Below, piece after piece: positions 21,501 through 25,610 of a DNA stretch of 25,610 nt. The number at the start of each line of letters is the position of its first letter. Within the stretch, counting starts at the first letter, position 1. The notes under the pieces are model-generated. The model was not told the origin of the DNA. It saw only the letters and a list, made by a program, of their open reading frames with translations, and ran no database searches. Source of the stretch: Ancylonema sp. (taxonomy: Eukaryota); contig JBFLGF010000190.1 of NCBI GenBank assembly GCA_050230475.1, positions 62,001 through 87,610 on the forward strand, written 5' to 3'. A program made the translations under genes and the position numbers.

Positions 21501-23019
21501 GAGCTGAGTGGAAAGATGCAATGGCTGCAAAAATGGCAAGTCTACAAGAAAACCAGGTCTATCGACTTGTGCCAAGGCCGAAGGGGAAGAAAGTTGTGAA
21601 GTCAAGGTGGGTGTTCAGGATCAAATTCAATGCAGATGGTTCTGTAGAAAAATACATAGCAAGAATTGTGGCTAAGGGATTCAGTCAAGTAGAGGGAGAG
21701 GACTACGATCAGACCTTTTCTCCAACTGTTCGTTTTGAGAGCATTCGCCAACTTGTTCGCCATGGGAGCTTCCAAGGGTCTACACATGCATCAGATGGAT
21801 GTAACGACAGCTTTTCTCTATGCACCCCTAGAAGAGGAGGTGTACAAGGCCCCTGACGGCACGTGTGGGCCTGGTGAAGCAGATTTGGTGTGGCTACTAC
21901 TACTCAGGTGCTTGTATGGCCTCAAGCAGGCACCAAGAGGATGGAATCAGCACATCGAAGACGTCCTGAAAGACTTGCAGTTTCATCGTCTGGCTTCAGA
22001 TTTTTGGCCTTCATATTCTGGGAGAAGGGCCAGAAGCACTCTACTTGGCGCTATATGTGGATGATGTGTTTCTCCTATGCATCAGGCTGGCGACTATTTT
22101 TGGGGGTGAAAAGAGGGCTGGGAACGCGGTATAACATGAAAGATTAGGGGGAAGCAAAGTTCTTGCTGGGGCTTGAGATTCGACGGCAGTCTGATGGCAA
22201 CGTGATTTTGGTGCAAGAGAAATATGCCAGAGATCTCCTCACGAAGTTTGGGATGCAAAACAGCAATTCTGCTCCTACTCCTCTTGAGTTGGGTGTTTTT
22301 TTTTTTGCAAACTGTGAATCTGCTTCTGAATCTGCTGGAACAGAGGGTGTGGGATACAAAGCTGCAATGGGCAGTTTGCTGTATCTGACTTCTGGCACAA
22401 GACCTGATCTGGCAACTGCTGTTAACTCCTTGTGTCAATACAGTCAGCAGCCAGGGGACAAGCATTGGGAGGGGGTCAAGAGAGTTTTGCGCTATCTCAA
22501 GGGGACTGTCGATTTGGGGCTGATGTATAAGAAAGGAAGTGATTTTCCAGTCATTGGTTACTCAGATGCTAGTCATGGTGATGACGTCGACACTAGGAAG
22601 GGGAGAACTGGCTATGTCCTTCTTAGTGGAGGAGCTGCTGTGTGAGCTGGAAAAGTGGTTTGCTGGAGACAATCACACACTCAAGCTGTGAATGTGAGTA
22701 TTTGGCATTGAGTGCTGCTGGAAATGAGGCCATTTATTTGAGCCAGATGCAAAAAGAGATGGGTATTGGTGGGGGGAGTGTGCTGTTGCTCGGGGACGAT
22801 GAGAGTTCCTCAAAACTTGCTGAAAGTTCTGCTTTTCACAAGCGCTCCAAACACATCGAGATCAAGTACCATTCCATTCGAGAAAGGGTGTCCAAGAAAA
22901 AGACGAGTCTCCAATTTTTCAAAAGTGAAGACCAGGGTGCTGATATGTTGACAAAACTATTGTCTGTTTAAGTGTTGAAGAAAAATTGTGATCTAGTGGG
23001 GTTGGTGTATGAAAAATAA
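18518..23019 (+). pseudogene. gag-pol: Copia gag-pol polyprotein with multiple stops and frameshifts
   Basis: Gag (DPKAMWDYL); RGG-rich segment; two CCHC knuckles CYTCGETSHYSRDC and CTYCGAIGHVEFTC; protease FHFDDGSSHH; pre-integrase LHTRLGH...CEGCKVGK; integrase VDLAGP / LRSDRGG / ERMNRTL; RT SRWVF..K / QMDVTTAFLY / LYGLKQAPR / LYVDD; RNase H GYSDAS / SSCECEY / KHIEIKYH / ADMLTK. Confidence 0.96.
18541..18552 (+). promoter_or_regulatory. Primer binding site complementary to the initiator tRNA-Met 3' end
   Basis: TGGTATCAGAGC, separated from the 5' LTR by 1 nt. Confidence 0.95.
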
Positions 23020-23117
23020 TTGTAGATGGTTCATTGATTGCTGAGGTTCGTGAGTTTTTGTAAGCTTTTGTTGCGTTTTGTTTGTAAAATTGATATCGTT
23101 TTTGGTTATCGATTTTT

Positions 23118-23127
23118 GGAGGGGAAA
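23118..23127 (+). promoter_or_regulatory. Polypurine tract of the Copia element
   Basis: GGAGGGGAAA, lying 15 nt upstream of the 3' LTR. Confidence 0.6.
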
Positions 23128-23142
23128 TACAAAAGTACCCAG

Positions 23143-23567
23143 TGTTAGTTTTTAGGGGCTGTGAACTTTTGTCGTTATATCGATTTTAGCAATACCGGGA
23201 ATTTAGCTTTCGTTTTGTCGTTGTTCAGCAAATGCAGGCTGCAGGCCGGCTGCAGGCCGATGTCCTTGTTTCAAAGATTACTTGGCCATCTGGCACAAGT
23301 GTCGATAAGAACAAGTTGATGTGGCAGAATGCTTAGATATGATTGGCAGTTGACTAAGTAGTTTCGACATCAGTAGATCCTTTGACCAGACAGCAATCGA
23401 CTGTACTAGGTCTGGGCTTGCATGCTAAATTCTGTAATCAATACTTTTTTCTTAAAACTTGCACTTTTGTTGTGTCAACGTTTGTAATGACGTGATCTGT
23501 TTGATTCAAAGAGATTAAGAAGAAGTGAACTTTATTCTTGCATCGATGGAAGAAGAAAGTTCTCACA
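23143..23567 (+). repeat. Copia 3' LTR (425 bp)
   Basis: Direct repeat of the 5' LTR with an extra GGCTGCAGGCC (11 bp), a 1-bp deletion and about 26 substitutions (hand count). Confidence 0.97.
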
Positions 23568-23775
23568 CCGGACGCGCTCGTCCGGGATTCGTCCGAGATC
23601 GTCCGTCCCAAACGCGTTCAGAGATCTCCGGACGGTCTGGAACCTAACAAAAAACCAAAAAAATAATTTTCAGTTGCACATTTGTTGGGTTGTCTATGAC
23701 ATGATGTTCACTACAAAAATGCAAATCATGAGGCTCTCAACATGTTGTAAAAACATGAGACGTGTTAGAAGCATA

Positions 23776-24740
23776 CTGTGCTCCCTCGATATACGGACAA
23801 AATAAAAACCAGTCCTTATATCGAGGTGTTCTTATACATTGTGTAAGGACATTTACTACGAGACTGTGAAATGTGTGAAATGTGTGTCCTTGTAGTGAGG
23901 GACGTCGTGAATGAAGCAAAGTGATTAAGCAAATGTATTGTATACATGTTGCCTAGAGTAGTTGCTTTGAAATATATGCGATACACATGTGTTACAAGCT
24001 ATACAAAAGTGCGAATTGAGACCAATAGCGACTAATATAACATATTCAAACAACTTTACGAGGAGAGTTTGGAAAGGATTGAGGTCGCTCAAAGCAACGA
24101 AGTACTCGCATGTTTGGTTGGACATGGAGTAAACACAACGGTCATGAACAACGTGAACAATTTTTGGAAGGCACAACACACCAATACTTGTCATGAATAT
24201 AATTACACTAGTTCCGAATTGTAAACCGCAAATAAAATACACAGTGTTTCACAAACTCCTACCAACCAGAAAAACCATTTTCTTGTCCAACAATTTAAAA
24301 TCCTTTGTGTACATTTTCGTGACTGGTAATATATCACAAAATTGTTACCAACATGTAGTAATATGACATAACAAACTTACCACATAAATTTATACACAAA
24401 AAAAAAAAACGACGTGATTCGACGACCCCAAGATGCATGAATAATTGTTGAGAATATTAGTTTCCACCCATAATTTTCATCACTTGCATGGACGTAATTT
24501 TTATTTTTTTGGATTCTATCTTTTTTTCGAGTTTCATACATCGTTATATGCGGGCAATGGTATTCTATACACATTATAAGCACATTCGGTAACATATTTC
24601 GAAAATAATTTGTATCTATATGGAGTGTCGTTATGCTTATATCGAGGGCGATTTTCTATTAATTTTAAAAAAGTTTTAAAAAAGTGTCCTTATATCAAGG
24701 TTGTCCTAGTAAAGAGGGTCCTCATATCGAGGGAGCATTG
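23776..24740. mobile_element. Complete pogo/Tigger-like MITE, 965 bp
   Basis: TIRs CTGTGCTCCCTCGATAT and (reverse complement) CAATGCTCCCTCGATAT; TA on both sides (23774-23775 and 24741-24742); AT-rich non-coding interior. Confidence 0.9.
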
Positions 24741-24991
24741 TAGTTGGTCCCCGAGCCGGCAATTTTGCGAGGCGGCTCGGATCCGGCTCGCGCGCGAGAC
24801 GGCTTGGAGTCGGGCTCGCAAAATCTGCGAGCGGAGCGGGATCCGAAGGGGGGGGAATAATAATAAAAACTTGATTTTGGCCTCAAAATAGGTGCATGTG
24901 AATGTTACACCCAAAGTGTTCAAAAGCATTGAAAAGTAGCCTTGGGTCGGAAATTATAAGTCGTATACAGTAAAATTTGTTTCAATTATTA

Positions 24992-25143
24992 ATGTCGGGA
25001 CCGGAAAATATATATAAATCAATACAATTTATTAATTAACACGTCAAATTCTTTTTGATAACCTGAAATCGGACGGAAGAGTTTCTATCAGACAAGACAG
25101 GTTATTAATCAGCGCAGTATTTATTACGAGAGGTTTCACTGTA
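24992..25143 (+). mobile_element. Repeat family A, copy 2 (interrupted by a MITE)
   Basis: ATGTCGGGACCGG...ATTAATT.ACACGTCA.ATTCT...GAAATCGG.CGGAA...AAGACA matches 8944-9090; homology stops at the TA preceding the next MITE. Confidence 0.7.
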
Positions 25144-25145
25144 TA

Positions 25146-25515
25146 CCGTACACGGTATCGTAAATGATTTTTGGTTGATTATTGAAACCCGAAAGAAATC
25201 ATTTAAATCAAGTATAACACGGATAATCAACATTATTGACTAAATCCGTTATTTAGGAATCAGTTACGGAAATACGGGATGTGACTCTATATGTGATGAA
25301 ACGGCTACACGACAAACGAGGCACGCGCAAAACGACAATTTTTTGAACGAACGACATTTACGACGTCAAAAACAAAGTTACCGGGCCATAAAGTCCCACG
25401 ATATGGGAAGTTATCGATCAGACGCGCTACACGACAACATAAGACTTCGCATAACGACAAAATAGTGGCCATGCAAGACATCGCGACTAGTACGAGTGCC
25501 TACCACGTGCACTTG
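25146..25515. mobile_element. Partial inverted copy of the 15216-15877 MITE
   Basis: TA|CCGTACACGGTATCGTAAATGATTTTT; 25270-25515 is a diverged reverse complement of about 15488-15730 (for example CAAGTGCACGTGG..GCACTCGT and ATTTTGTCGTTATG). Homology ends abruptly at 25515. Confidence 0.88.
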
Positions 25516-25610
25516 CTACTCCCCCTCGCTATGAGGAACCTGGCCATTGCGCAACACCGAAATAAGACGCGCTTTCGGCTGGTGAACACCCCTCCCCCGG
25601 ATAGGGAGAA

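Larger units (their letters stand above)
18125..23567 (+). mobile_element. Full-length, inactivated Ty1/copia LTR retrotransposon
   Basis: Two direct LTRs (TG...CA), 5-bp TSD CCGGA (18120-18124 and 23568-23572), PBS, and domain order gag-PR-IN-RT-RH. Confidence 0.98.

Overview
Eukaryotic, transposon-dense window with no intact host gene, rRNA, tRNA or CRISPR array; probably a green alga or early land plant (inference from element types). From left to right: (i) 1-6849 is a stack of truncated LTR-retrotransposon pieces: a Ty3/gypsy RT fragment, a minus-strand retropepsin half, a Ty3/gypsy gag-pol remnant with a clear -1 frameshift signal, a minus-strand Copia 3' end with its LTR, and a plus-strand PPT plus LTR. 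(ii) Several TA-flanked Tc1/mariner/pogo-type MITE families, each present twice. (iii) A tandem duplication carrying a 60-bp kinase-like exon, followed by an orphan 3' LTR. (iv) A full-length but inactivated Ty1/copia element at 18125-23567 with CCGGA TSD, tRNA-iMet PBS and LTRs about 94% identical by hand count. The most interesting signal is at 3282-5074: two back-to-back, divergent C5 cytosine-methyltransferase-like domains of the kind carried by streptophyte Gypsy retrotransposons, both apparently lacking the catalytic PC and ENV motifs. A possible degenerate N6-adenine-MTase-like domain also sits at the start of the neighbouring Gypsy pol. All family assignments are by-eye motif recognition, not database results.
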